A stretch of DNA of 64,000 nt from Isurus oxyrinchus (Eukaryota). Of this stretch, positions 38,196-51,194 are shown piece after piece. A program made the translations under genes and the position numbers. The stretch spans positions 496,001-560,000 of the forward strand of contig JANJGN010000323.1 of NCBI GenBank assembly GCA_026770705.1, read 5' to 3'. Position 1 is the stretch's first letter. Each line of letters begins with the position of its first letter. The notes under the pieces are model-generated. The model was given only the letters and a program-made list of their open reading frames with translations, had not been told where the DNA came from and searched no databases.

Positions 38196-38489
38196 ATAAG
38201 CCGGAGATTTCCCAGCAGTCGGAGTGCACTCGGAGATCAGAGGGGGTCACCTGCATCTGTGTGGCCACCTCCAACCCACCCGGAGACCTCACCTGGCACC
38301 TGCCCAGTGCCAACATCAGTGGTAACCAAACACACGGAGGTTTTGTGTCGTGGCAGGTCAGAGATGGGCATCTGGTGACTGGTTCCCTCACCCTGATGAG
38401 ACCCCAGGATGAGGGGGGAGTGATTGCATCCTGCTCGGTTCAAAACCCACATGGGGAAGCCATGTTCAAGGTGTATGTGTGGGTCAAAG
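38196..38489 (+). CDS. Gene C: membrane-proximal Ig exon of MAG-D5/Siglec-5-D4 type (intact frame)
   Basis: YKPEISQQSECTRRSEGVTCICVATSNPPGDLTW...SCSVQNPHG; ctcag/gtgag; 294 nt phase 1-1. Confidence 0.85.
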
Positions 38490-38844
38490 GTGAGAGACTC
38501 GCTCAGGATCGATCTCCACTCAGCTGGATTGATCCCTAAACTCGAGAATTCCCTCCCTCAACCTCTCCACCTCTCTCTCTACCTCCTCTAAAATGCTCTT
38601 TAGAACTTACCCATTTGACCAAGCTTTGAATCACCTGATCTCATGTGACAATGGCAACACTTGGTCAAATTGGAGCCAGGCCATTCAGGGGGTGATGTCA
38701 GGAAGCACTTCTTCACACAAAGGGGAGTGGAAATCTGGAACCCTCTCCCCCAGATAAGCTGCTTCATTGGGTGCAAGACAGAAAGCTTTGACAAAATGTC
38801 CTTTCTCAGCAATACTCAGGTTCTCCTCCCAAACGATAAAATAT

Positions 38845-39170
38845 TTTATATAAACATTTCATAGATTACATTGATAAATATTATATATAAATGTTACATA
38901 GATTACATTGATAAAAATTATATATAAATGTTTCACAGTTTAAATGGATAAATATATATAAATGTTACATATATTACATTGGGCAATATTATATATAAAT
39001 GTTACATGGATTAAATCGAGAAACATTATATATAAATATTACAGAGATTAAATGGATAAAAATTATATATAAATGTTACATAGATTATATTGATAAATAT
39101 TATAAATTTATGCTGTAGGGATCACATTGATAAATATTATATATAAATGTTACATGGATTAAATCGAAAA
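38845..39170 (+). repeat. AT-rich ~37-bp minisatellite (atagattacattgataaatattatatataaatgttac)
   Basis: ~8 degenerate copies. Confidence 0.85.
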
Positions 39171-39698
39171 ATAAGACTTGCGTTGATAAAATACTTAGGA
39201 ATTCCCAAAACTCTCGATAACCAGTAAAGCAGTTTCAAAGTGAGCTCACTGTCATCATGTAGGAAACGCAACAGCTGATTTGTGCACAGCAAGATCTCAC
39301 AAACAACAGCATGAAATTGAGGTGATAATTGATTATTTTAGGGAGGTTAGTTGATACATATATATAGAAATTACATATATAATATGGGTCACTAATTATC
39401 TTAAGGGAGGGAAACCTGTCCATTTTAACAGGTCTGGGTGTATATGTGACTCCAGTCTCAAACACCAACATGGTTAACTCTTACCTGCCCTCTGAACTGG
39501 TCTCCCAGTTTGGGACAAACCAGTGGTTCAGGAGGAAGACCCCCCACCACCTTCTCAAGGGGAAACTAGGGATGGACAATAAATGTCAGCATTGCCCGAG
39601 AATGAGTATTTAAACATTGAGTGAGTGTATCGCTTCTCGAGATACATCGGAGCATCATTGTAAACCTGTAGTGCAGTAATTAATGGCTGTTTTTACAG

Positions 39699-39795
39699 GT
39701 AGAGACTCCAGTAAATGGACAGTAGGATTGTTCACGGCTGGGATCATGTTGAGTGTTTTCCTGGCTGGAATCTTCATCTTCATCTGTGTGAGAAA
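39699..39795 (+). CDS. Gene C: transmembrane exon (GRDSSKWTVGLFTAGIMLSVFLAGIFIFICVRK)
   Basis: ttttacag/gtaagt, 97 nt, uncharged TM. Confidence 0.88.
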
Positions 39796-39949
39796 GTAAG
39801 TCTGAAGATTTAACTTGATTTTAATATAAACATTTGTTTAGGACTAATTGGACAGTTTTTACAAAGGGCCAGCACAGGCACGATGGGCTGAGTGGCTTCC
39901 TCCTGAGCTGTGAGATTTTAAATTCTTTAATCGAATGTGACTGTCAATG

Positions 39950-40390
39950 GTGAGGCCGTTATTAAATTGCCCATCTCTAATTGCCCCTTGAGAAGGTGGT
40001 GGTGAGCTGCCTTCTTGACCCGCTGCAGTCCATGTGGTGTAGGTACAGACACAGTGCTGTTAGGGAGGGAGTTCCAGGATTTTAACCCAGCGACAGTGAA
40101 GGAACGGTGATATATTTCCAAGTCAGGATGGTGAGTGACTTGGAGGGGAACTTCCAGGTGGTGGTGTTCCCATGTGTCTGCTGCCCTTGTCCTTCTAGAT
40201 GGTAGAGGTCGTGGGTTTGGAAGGTGCTGTTGAAGGAGCCTTGCTGAGTTGCTGCAGTGCATCTTGTAGATGGTACACACACTGCTGCCACTGTGTGTTC
40301 ATGGTGAAGGGAGTGAATGTTTAATGTGGTGGATGGGGTGTAGATCAATCGGGCTGCTTTGTTGTGGATGGTGTCAAGTTTCTTGATTCT
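39950..40390 (-). mobile_element. LINE 3' fragment, same family as 8971-10000
   Basis: SFTVAGLKSWNSLPNSTV...KKAAHHHLLKG. Confidence 0.75.
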
Positions 40391-40519
40391 GTGCTTTGTG
40401 CAGAAGTGATTTAAAGAGACAGTCCCAGTTGTTGGTGTAAGGTTACAGTGGGCTCTGTGTCTGTGCTGCACTGACTCTCTGCTATATGATAACCACAGTG
40501 TGATATTGTGTTATTGCAG

Positions 40520-40601
40520 GAGAAAGACAGCGATGGAGGAGAGAGTTTCAGGGACCAGTGACATTGCATTGACCCCCAGTCCACTCTCTGTGAAGCACCA
40601 G
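40520..40601 (+). CDS. Gene C: cytoplasmic exon 1 (RKTAMEERVSGTSDIALTPSPLSVKHQ)
   Basis: ttgcag/gtacag, 82 nt, phase 2-0 joins the TM exon to the last exon in frame. Confidence 0.8.
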
Positions 40602-40736
40602 GTACAGGAGCTGTTTACACTCACTCCAAAGCTTCAATCTCAGTGTGTAGACAACACGTGTCCCAGATTCCCAGCCCAGTTACCCACTGATTTGTACCTG
40701 TGGAGTCAGCAATGGTTCAGTATCATGCTGTCTCTC

Positions 40737-41474
40737 TGTTATGACACAGCAACTGGTAAAGGCTGTTGTTTAAAATCCCAGAGGGAAACTTTAAACAACT
40801 GTCATAACCTATATTTCCCAGTGGAATGTTTGAGATGCAGCTCTAAATTCAGGAATAAGAACACCAGTTCTCGAGATGGTTTTATATCAAACTGCATGAG
40901 ACATTTATTAATTAACACAAGTTAAACATATGCACATGGCTACAAACTAGTATTATCATAACTTTTTAACAAATTCTCAAACTAATCTCCTCTAAGACAA
41001 CCCATAGACTTTAAGCAGATTCCAGGCAAAGCATTTTCACCTCACAAATTCCAAATGAGGTTCCTTTCACTTTGGTTCCTTTGCAGACAGGTGTAGGCTT
41101 ACAGCTGCTTTGATGTTACAAGCCTCTGCTCTGCACACACAAAACTGCTCAAGTTATACCCAATGCTTCTCTTTGAATGTAAATTCTCATTGAATCATCA
41201 GGACCTTTGAACTCCACCCTTCATCGTATCAATTTTATTAGTAATATAAACATTGATTCGTTTAAGATTTCACTCCCAGACATTGAATGCTCTGTTTAAA
41301 AATGGAAATTACCCCTTTACCTCTTTGTTTACATCTCAAAACTACTTGACATCAAAGTACCCGGACTGGCTGGCTTTAATCCAATTAAAACACTCACAGA
41401 CACAACCACAGACTAAACCCCTGTTTAAAAAGACAATTTCCACTTACATTACATACATTAATAGATTAATAACA
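40737..41474. mobile_element. Dispersed LTR-like repeat (tgttat...ataaca); related copy ~44565-45395 interrupts a CR1
   Basis: TG...CA ends with short terminal inverted repeat; shared blocks between the two copies; no clean TSD. Confidence 0.5.
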
Positions 41475-41831
41475 CCCTATCTCTATCCCTTTCTCTCTTT
41501 CTCTTCCCTCTCATCCTCTCTCTGATTACAAGGTTCTTGTTAATGAGCCTCACGTCAGGTACCTGAGTGCAGAATCCAAGCCGGCACTCGCCAGAGACAT
41601 TACCGAGGGAGTGCGAGACTGACAGAGGGTCAGTCCTGAGGGAGTGCTGCGCTGTCGGGGGTCAGTACTGAGGGAGTGCTGCCCTGTCATAGGTGGTTTC
41701 TTTTTTATGATATGAGAGAGAGAGTAAAACCAACTGAGACACGACTGACACTAATGAGGCTGCACAATAATTTAACCCTATCAGTGCCAGTAAATGATGT
41801 GAGGATGTCTTCTGTTTCCATTTCTCTGTAG

Positions 41832-42080
41832 GGTAAACAGAACGTGCTGATTACTGAGCCCCGGAACACAACCAGAGACACAACTAGCGAGGGGGAGACC
41901 CCAGTTCCCCGGGGTCTCTCTGAAGGTCCAGTGGGAGGTGGTGCTGGACATGGGAACCCTGACAATCCCGCCGAGCTTCTCTACGCCAATCCCCAAGTCT
42001 TCAGGGTGCCCAGTGGTGATGGGTCTGTCCACAGGGAAGAGGAGACGGAATACGCACAGATCAGATTCAAGCGAAACTGA
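41832..42080 (+). CDS. Gene C: terminal cytoplasmic exon with ITIM-like LLYANP and ITSM-like TEYAQI
   Basis: ctctgtag acceptor, 249 nt to TGA; ...ELLYANPQ...EETEYAQIRFKRN* parallels CD33-related Siglec tails (TEYSEI). Confidence 0.88.
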   Translation, partial: GKQNVLITEPRNTTRDTTSEGETPVPRGLSEGPVGGGAGHGNPDNPAELLYANPQVFRVPSGDGSVHREEETEYAQIRFKRN

Positions 42081-43844
42081 TTGTGAAACGGGGAGAGGGG
42101 GTGAGGAGGTTTGTGGATGGGGGCAGGGATTGTGATTCCTTGAAACATGAGACAACCCACTGGGGGAGAGGGGGAGAGAGGGAGGAAGGGACTGAATGGG
42201 TCTGTGGTTGGTGTGGCTTGGAATGAAACGTTTCCCCAGAGACGACTTGATGCTGAGTCATTGGGGACAGAGATTCAGTGTCTCTCTCTCTCGCACTCTG
42301 TCTCTCTCTTTCTCTCTCCTTCTCTGTCTGTCTCTCTCTCTCTCTCTGTCTCTCTCTCCTTCTTTGTCTCTCTCTCTCTGTCTCTCTCCCTCTGCATCTC
42401 TGTCTATCTCTCTCCTCCTTTAACATGGTCCTTATTAACTGGCTTTGTTAACTCAGCTTTTGGTCACCTGTCCCTTATATCTCATTATTTGTCTCAGAGA
42501 TGGATTTATATGTGGTTAACAATCCCCTGAAGAGCTTTGGGACAGTTTGCTACTTTAAGTGTGCTATATAAATGCAAGTTGTTGTAGTAACGTTGATCTG
42601 CCTCGATTCAGAATGGAAACACGGAGAATCCTTCGACAGGGCATGTGTGCAACAGGCTCACAATAAATGCATTGCACGGCAACAACTAAGCATGTCCTTT
42701 GATGCTGATGCATCCCAGTCCTGCTGTGTGGACACATCACAACCGAGGGACTGCCTGACTGCATGCAGCCAACATGGCCGAATAGTAATTAGCAGAAATG
42801 TGACGTCACTGAACATTGTTAACATTTCAGAATGTGCTTTCTGAATTCTGCAACTTGTTTATTCTGTTATAGATTACAAGAAGCTTTTGCATTTTCTATA
42901 ATATTACATTTATTGTCACAAGGGATTGAAATGCCCAGACAACTCGGTACAGATATATTTTTATTAAACATCTTACTCTGGGACAACCTCCCTGCTCCAA
43001 TCTGTTAATTCATGTCATTGCATTTCCCCACCAAATTATGTAAATTCCTGTGTCCACATTTATCATGAGAATTTCCCATGTAAACATGTCACACTGTACT
43101 TACACTCTCTTGCCAGTGGTGGTGCTGTAAGCACACCAAGTACTTTCTCAGCGATTGCAGCACATCTCCCAGTTGTCTTTACAATATTATTAAGATACAG
43201 GGAATGGGGACAATCTTCACACTGTGGTTACGATGTTAAGACAGAGAGCTGGTGAAACCACCCTCCCCCTCCCGAGGCAGCATCTGTTCTGGCTGTGAGA
43301 CCCCCACACTTATCCCACGCCCCCTGTTCATTTCTCCATCCCTGCTCTAACTTAGCGCTTTTGGACATGAAGGGCGGGGCCCTCAGGAAAGTGTGGAAGG
43401 GCTGCCCATCGCAGCTGGAACAAGGAACCTGACAGGTCTCCCAGGATAGAATGGCGGAGTGGGGGAGGGGGAGCAGTGGGGTCAATATCCACACCCTCCA
43501 GGAGGGCAGCATCACTCATCAGGGAAACGCAGGGCCGAATGCCCCTCCACCCGGAACGCTGTCCACCATGATTTCAACGTCCTTCACCGGAAGCCTTTTG
43601 AAGGTTGCCGTGGCCAGATTTCAATCGGCCGCTGGGTCACCATTGGTCCAAGCAGTCACTAAGCACCCACCTCTGCCCGCCCCTTTGCACTCATTCTGCA
43701 GCCACATCTTATGCGAGCAGGCCTTAATTAGCCCGGCCGCGTAAAATCGCAGCGCGGAGCTGATCGCGGGCGATAGTCGGATTCCTCACCGCCCCCAGCC
43801 CTGTGCACCCCTGCCGAGGGCAAAAATCTGACCTGAAGGATCCC

Positions 43845-45800
43845 AGCAGAATAATAAAGAGGCAGAAATGATAATATGAGAGTAAACTAGCAAGAACCAT
43901 AAACAATGACAGTGAGATGTTGTACATTAAAATAAGAGAGAAGCTACAGTAATAATGGGACACATAGAAAATCAGACTGGGGAATTAATAATGGGAAACA
44001 AGGAAATGACAGAGACTTTCAACAAGAATTTTGTGTCTGTCTTCACAGTAAAAATCTCTAAAACCATCCCAATAGCAGGAGAAAGTCACGGTGCAACAAG
44101 GAGGGAGGAACATAAAACAATCACTATCACCAGAGAAAAAGTATTAAGAAAACTAATGAGACAAATGCTGACAAGTCCCATGGAGCAGACGGCCTGAATG
44201 TGAGGGTCTGAAAGGAAATGGCTGCAGAGACGGTGGATGCATTGGATGTAATCTTCCAGAATTCCTTAGATTATGGGAAGGTCCCAGCGGATTGGAAAAA
44301 CATAAATGAAACATTTCTGTTCAATAAAGGGGGGAGGCAGAAAGCAAGAAACTACAGGTCAGTTAGTCTAATATCTGTCATTGAGAAAATACCAGAATTC
44401 ATTATGAAGGAGGGAGCAGCAGGACATTTAGAAATCCATAATTCAATCAGACAGAGTCAACATGGGTTTGTGAAAGGGATATCATGTTTGAAAAAATAAT
44501 TAGATTTCCTCGAGGATGTAACAAGTGGATTGGATAAAGGGGAACCTGTAGATGTGGTGTATTAGGGACTATGACACAGCCAAGGGTAAAGGCTGAGTTG
44601 TTCAAATCCCAGAGGGAAAATTGAAATAACTGTCATAACCTAATTTTGCTATTTGTAATTTCGAGATGAAGACTTTGAATTCAGTAGGAATAAGACCACG
44701 GAGGCTTGTGGGTTTTTTATATAAAACTAAATAAACCATTTATTAATTTAACAACAAAATTAACACATACACATTGGCTACAAATAACTATTATAATAAC
44801 ATTTTAACAAATCCCCCAATTAATCAACCCCACGTAAACCTCTACTAAGGCAACAATGAACCATTGACATAATATAGACACCAGGCAAAGCACATTTGAC
44901 ATTACGAATTCCGAATGAGGTTCCTTTGCAAGTTGGTTGGAGGCTGCAGGCTGGTTAGGTCTGAAATGCTCCTGCCTCACACACACAAACTCCTTCCTTT
45001 ATATAGCTAGCTTTCCCTTTGAATGTAAATTTTCCATTGTATCACTCGGACTTCTGAAGTCCAGCTCTTCGAACAATAAAACCCCCTTTCATAGCACCAA
45101 TTTCATTAGTAAGTTCAAGAAAAAACACATCTTTTGGCTCCTTCTAACTAGGTGCAAGATTTTACCCCCAGTCTGGAATGGTTTATTCAACAATTGCAAA
45201 TGAACAATTTACTGTTCTCCTCACAATTCACCCAATTAACATCTCAAAACTACTAAACATCAAAGCACACAGACCAGCTGGCTTTAATCCAATTAAGACA
45301 CACACAGACACACACCTATACATGGACCACCACTAGAATTCTATTTGAAAATATAATTTCCAAGCACATTTTACACACAAATATCTCTTCATGACACTGG
45401 ATTTCCAAAAGGCTTTCGATAAGGTGCCACATCAAAGGATACTGCACAGGGTGAAATTGGATGGTGTTGGGGGGGATATATTAATATGGATAGAGGACTG
45501 GCTAACTGACAGGAAACAGAGAGCCAGGATAAATGGGTGATTTTCAGCTTGGTAAACTGTAACTAGTGGAGAGCCACAGGGATCAGTGCTGAGGCCTCAA
45601 CTATTCACAATCTACATTAGTGACTTGGATGAAGGGACTGACTGTACTGTAGGCAGATTTTCTGACTGTGCGGTGAAGATAAGTAGGAAATATATAAACT
45701 GAGCAGGAAAGCAAGTTGTGAGGAGGACACAAAGAGGCTGCAGAGGGAGATAAATAGTTTCAGTGAGGGGATAAAAAAATGAGTGGATGGAATATAAGGA
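43845..45800 (+). mobile_element. CR1 LINE ORF2 (RT) fragments
   Basis: VPADWKNIN..LFNKGGRQKARNYRSVSLISV; SQHGFVKG; later DFQKAFDKVPH- and PQGSVL-like DNA. Confidence 0.85.
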
Positions 45801-45906
45801 ATATAAGGGTGTCCAGCTGATCTTACTTCTTCTGTTCTTATATTCTTATACAGACACAGGGTTTACTGACAGTGCACAGCAAAGTGCTGTTCTCTCACTT
45901 TGTTCC

Positions 45907-46047
45907 AACTTCCTCATTTTGACTCACTGAGACACATCAACCCTTTCTAATTAAACACACAGAGGGAGCAGCACAGGAAGAGGTCATTCAGCCCAAGCAG
46001 AGCGTGTGGGCAGTTCCTCCCCAGGCGAGCAGTCGGACAGGTCCTGG
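45907..46047 (+). promoter_or_regulatory. Gene D promoter (PU.1 + AP-1, 45907-45926) and non-coding first exon 45963-46047
   Basis: acttcctcattttgactca followed by the conserved 85-nt block and gtaagt. Confidence 0.6.
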
Positions 46048-46480
46048 GTAAGTAACGGAACGATTGGAATTCACTTCCACGACCAACACCGTCCTTTGTT
46101 GATGTTGTGACTTTATAAAGACAGATTCCAATGATTGATGCCTTTGAAAGATTTCTACTGATTATTGAGATCTGGGTGTGAGGCTCAAGTCTGTTGTACA
46201 GAACATCTTTCTAGCTCAAGGGACATGAGCTTGGGGACATCCTGAGGTGGTGAAAGGTGCTATAGAAATGCAAGACCTTCATTGTTTTTCTTTCTGAAAG
46301 CATTGTAACTCTCTGCAGAGCACCTATCATCCCACAAAGAATCAAATTAGTCTGTGAAGATATTGTCTAAAAGCATTTCTGATCTCTCGAGAGCATTCAG
46401 ACAAGAGGTGAAGTCTCATTAACTCCTTTCTCTTTCAGAACTTCAGAGTTATAAGCTGAGGAAATATCTGAGAGTGGACC

Positions 46481-46520
46481 ATGATTCGGAAATCTTACTT
46501 CCTCCTGTCACTTCTCCAAG
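46481..46520 (+). CDS. Gene D: leader exon (MIRKSYFLLSLLQ)
   Basis: accATG context, 40 nt, phase-1 donor gtaat; signal peptide completed by VGLS in the V exon. Confidence 0.82.
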
Positions 46521-47394
46521 GTAATACCATCGTCAGCTCAGACAGATTTATGGTTAATAGTCTTTGTAAAAGAACATTCTTATTGAGCTCTGATAGGGAA
46601 CTGAATCAGCAGTGATCCAGTGTACAAACTCACACCAAGTCCCATTCATCCATGACCACTGTGCTCACTGATATACACTGAATCCCTGTCTGACAGTAGA
46701 ATTGCAGGACAGCAGAGGTCTTGCAGGGTTGTAGGGGCTGGAGGGGTTTGCAGGGATAGGCAGGTTTGTAGCAGCTAGAGCAGAATCTTAAAATTCAGTT
46801 GCTGTCGGACGTTGGTCACTGAGCGATTGGGATTGATGGGTTGAGTAGAGAAGCAGGGATAAATACTGGCGGATGAAGCCTATCCTAATGTGAGGTCTCC
46901 TATAGCAATGGCCTGAAATTTGTGTCCTTTCCTGCCTTTATTCAAAATTGCCCATGAAGACAACACAGCAGCTCCTAGAATAGACAGGCTGTTCAGTGTC
47001 ACACTTCCTGTCCATTCTCACCTTGCTAGATACTTCAATAAGGGAGCAAGATAACTGATAGAGAGAAGGAAGGTAAAGCTGTCTGTGTGTAAAACTGTCA
47101 AATATTCTGAGATATCATGAGTGTCTCTGATCTGCTGCAGAGTTTAAATTTCACAGAATCTGAGCACTTTGCAGCTCAGAGAGAGACCATTGACTCACTG
47201 CCTGAAAGGGCGGTGGAAGCAGATTCAACAGGAACTTTCAGAAGGGGAACTGGATAAATACTTGAAGGGAAATTTGCAGGGATGTGTGAAAGGTGCTGGA
47301 GAGGAATTGGGAAAGAGCCAGCACATGCACGATGGGTCAAATGAGCTCCTCCTGTGTTGTATCATTCAACAATCAGACAATTTAAGACCCTTGT

Positions 47395-48615
47395 CAGCAA
47401 ATCTTCAGAATCCTGCTGAATCACAGATGTTTCAGAAGGACAGGGAACAAGAGGTTTCTGGTATCAGCGTTTCATGTGGGGCCCAGTTCAGTTTGAACAA
47501 ATAAACAACGTCATCTTTGAAAGTCATGAACCCAACACAGCGGCATCTCCGGCACATGCAGAGCTCAGTCCAGAGGCACTTTGTTAGTGTGTTTCACAGT
47601 GTCTGCTGGAGTAGGGTCAGTGCTGAGCTTGGGGACAAGTCAGTCTACAATGCTGCATCGGAATCAACAATACAACAATATGGGGTTTGGATCAGAAATA
47701 ATCCCCTAGACAATGAGGATCCAAAGAGATTCCTCAGACAATGAGGATCCAAAGAGATTCCTCAGACAATGAGGATCCAAAGAGATTCCTTATTCCATTG
47801 GTTGTCTAACTGGGGTCCATGATTTTCCAAGGGGTCCTTGGCAGAATCAAATTATCGAGCAATAGTGTGTAAAATACCGGAGAGAACGGGAAAGGTGGGA
47901 TCAATGGAAAACTGTTCACTCTGTTTACACTAATGGGAGTTAGTCTCAGTAATGGAGACCATGAAACTATCATCGATTGTCATACACACCCATCTGGTTC
48001 ACTAATGGCCTTTAGGGAAGGAAATCTGCCGTCTATATCTGGTCTGGCCTACATGTGACTCCAGACTCATAGCAACGTGGTTCCTCTGAAATGTCCGAGC
48101 AAACCATCCAGTTCTCACCATGCTAGAAACTTCAATAAGGGAGTAAGATAACTGAAAGAGAGAAGGAAGGTAAAGCTGCTCATGTGGACAGATGTCAAAT
48201 ATCCTGAGTGATCATGATTGTCTCTACTCTGCTACAGAGATTATGTCACGGGACATTAGAGATGGGCAGCAAATGCTGGCCTTGGCAGCGACGCCCACAT
48301 CCCATGAATGAATACATTTACAAAATCTTATTACTTGGAAGGTGCAAGTGCAGGTTGTTATGATCCTTGAGCAGACCCTCTCAGCACTGACCCTACTCCA
48401 GCAGACCCTGTGAAACACACTAACAAAGCGCCTCTCGCCTGAGCTCTGCATGTGTCGGAGGTGCCGCTGTGGTGGGTTCATGACTTTCAAAGATGGTGTT
48501 GTTTATTTGTTCAAACTGAACTGGGCCCCACACAAAACGCTGATACCAGAAACCTCTTGTTCCCTGTCCTTCTGAAATATCCGTGACTTCAGCAGGATTC
48601 TGAAGAGTTGCTGAT
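47395..48615. repeat. Inverted duplication, ~235-bp arms (47395-47630 / 48380-48615)
   Basis: Reverse-complement match, also visible as mirrored ORFs 47517+ and 48224-. Confidence 0.85.
47708..47789 (+). repeat. 28-bp tandem triplication (agacaatgaggatccaaagagattcctc)
   Basis: Direct reading. Confidence 0.9.
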
Positions 48616-48734
48616 GGAGGAACAGACACCCAATTTTTTTTCGTAATTTACAGTTAGGAACCAATAATATTTTGTTTCAAGTAGACGAGGTTTGAGATTT
48701 AAGACGCCTGCGAAGAGAATAAAGCTACAAGATT

Positions 48735-49209
48735 CCTGTGAGGTGGAACGTCACTGAGGCCATCCGAGTTGAAGCGACTTTTGGAGAGAATTCCAAGGCA
48801 GGATGTACGAAGTTGAAGATTGGAATCCCTCATGAGAGAAACAGAGTTTCCATGGCTTTTAAACAAACAAAAATAAACTTTACTGCACCAGCTCAGAAAG
48901 ATAAAATAATTTACAATATCCACCTTATACCCTAACATTCTGGATTAATATGAGCTCATGTGAATTAACAGGCAAACTGTGGTCTCACAGCCACATTACT
49001 CATTAAATTGTAAACGCAACCAAGACAGAGCCCATGGATTTCACAACAACCCACCCGGACATCAGTGAACACTGTCAGTCAACCAATCTCACTGAAACTC
49101 TGTTTCTGTCATGAGGGATTCCAGTCTTCAACTTCGTACATCCTGCCTTGGAATTCTCTCCAAAAGTCGCTTCAACTCGGATGGCCTCAGTGACGTTCCA
49201 CCTCACAGG
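48735..49209. repeat. Near-perfect 116-bp inverted repeat (48735-48850 / 49094-49209)
   Basis: About two mismatches between arms. Confidence 0.9.
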
Positions 49210-49597
49210 GTTTCCATCTCTTCTCCTGAGGCTCCATTGCCCTGGATTCCCGACTATATACTCAAGCACCACTAGGATTAGATGAAAGGTTTTGATTGAC
49301 TGGGTAGAGAGAGAATGTTCCCTCTTGTGGGCAGGAGAATAACTAGAGGCCGAGTGATTGGTGATACCTTAAACATTGAAGAGGGAATGAACACCAATCA
49401 GATTGAATCAGATTAGCCAATCAGCTGTGTTGAAGAGCAGACAGGAATGTTAGGCTAATTAGTGATTCATGACGGTGATAATGGGGGGAGTTCTGAGGGC
49501 TCCTAATCCATTGTCCTGTCTTGTAAATCAGCACTGAATGGATCTCAATTGGTGGGTCTTGTAGACACTGTGTTGGGTGGAAGACTGGCTTCACTAA

Positions 49598-49867
49598 GGG
49601 GAAGCGGTAGCAGAGAGGTATTGTCACTGGGCTAGTATTCCAGAGGCCCAGGGTGATGCTCTGGGGCCCTGGATGTGAATCCCATCACGGCAGATGAATG
49701 GGATTAAAAAGCCTGGTTCACTGATCACCTATAGGGAAGGAAATCTGCCACCCTTACCCAGTCTGGAGGACATGTCACTCCAAACCCACAGCAATGTGGT
49801 TGAATCTTAAATACCTCTGATAGACATGGGATGGGTAATAAATGATATGAATGAGTAATTTGAAAAA
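49598..49867 (+). mobile_element. tRNA-derived SINE with actaa target-site duplication
   Basis: Degenerate A/B-box head, LINE-like tail, A-rich end; paralogous introns (~16275, ~30315) show the empty site ttcactaaacagg. Confidence 0.75.
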
Positions 49868-50089
49868 ACTAAACAGGGTCCTGAGGACCATGAGCCAATG
49901 TAGAATCAACTAGTCCACTCCTGTGTCCAGGATTCTCTTCCATCCATTGTGAAACCTTGGGGATTTCCTTGTGTGTCCTGTAAATGGTCCACACTGCAGC
50001 CACTGTGCCCTAGTGATGGAGGGAGTAGATATCAAGTCTAGTGGATCGAAAAAACATCCAGAGTTAAATATTGATATTTCTCTCCCCAG

Positions 50090-50458
50090 TTGGACTGTCA
50101 CAAGAGTGGAAAGGTGACACTCCACGAGAGGTGACAGCTCATGAAAGCTCGTGTGTACAGATTCCATGTCATTACAGTTATCCATCACATTTGGAAAACC
50201 AACCGCGAGGTGGAGTCTGGTTTAATAATGAGAAACAGATTCCCTGGGCTCCCATTGCCTTTCACTCCAAGGATCACAGTCACGAGTTACCACGGTTCCG
50301 CCATCGGACCCGGCTGTCTGGAGACCTGAAAGATGGCGACTGTTCCCTGATTATAAACAACATCAGACGGGAAGATGCAGGACCTTATTATTTCAGAATA
50401 GAATTTGACAATGGTCCGAGCCATAACTATTACCCTGAAACCCAGCTTCACGTTTCTG
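50090..50458 (+). CDS. Gene D: Siglec-type V-set exon 1, intact
   Basis: 369 nt phase 1-1; QEWKG, SCVQIPCHYSYP, GDCSL, YYFRIE (essential Arg position). Confidence 0.92.
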
Positions 50459-51194
50459 GTAAGTGCTGTGTTATAATTACTCAACAATTCACATTCAACA
50501 CTCAATGGGAAATAACACAAACTGTGACGTTTACATATTAACACAAAATACAGCTTATTTTTACACACTGTCTGATTCTCAATAACCTGGTGATTGCTTC
50601 CAGTTCAGTCTTAAAGCAACCTCTAATAATCACTTTAATATCAATGATTAAATGTATTGACTGTGTCCATCAATGCTATCAGGTTATCCACTCCCATCAG
50701 TCTCTCTAATCCTGTTTAAAAGTCTGACAAATCGACAAAGTAAAGACTTGCATTCCTATAGCGTCTTTCATCACCTCAGCACGTACCAAATCACTTCACA
50801 GACAATGAAGAAATTCTTGAAGTATAGTCACTGTCTAACGTGGCAGTGAGTTTGTACACAGGAAGCTCCCACAGAGAGCAATGGGATCAGTGACCCAGAT
50901 CTCTGAGAGAATGATGAGCCAGGGTTCCATGAGCTGTGGACTGCTCCATCACCCACACCCCGGTGTTGGCAATTCAAGGGTCTGGGAGTGAAAGTGTATT
51001 CAGCTCAGTGACACATTCCCCACCAAGTTTGAAAATAGGAAAGTTGCTGCTGATTGTTGTTACCTCTCAGTTCCCATCTCATCCTTGAAAACCTGCTTTC
51101 AAAATACAAAAGTAAGTCTCACATTTCCATAGCGCCTTTTACCACCTCAGGACGATCCTAAACTGATTCACAGCCAATGAAGTGATTCTTGAAG

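Noticed and set aside
50459-50560. Rearranging V segments (Ig/TCR/IgNAR type)
   Set aside because: V exons include their own G strand and end at a splice donor; no CACAGTG/ACAAAAACC signal follows; cysteine pattern is Siglec-type
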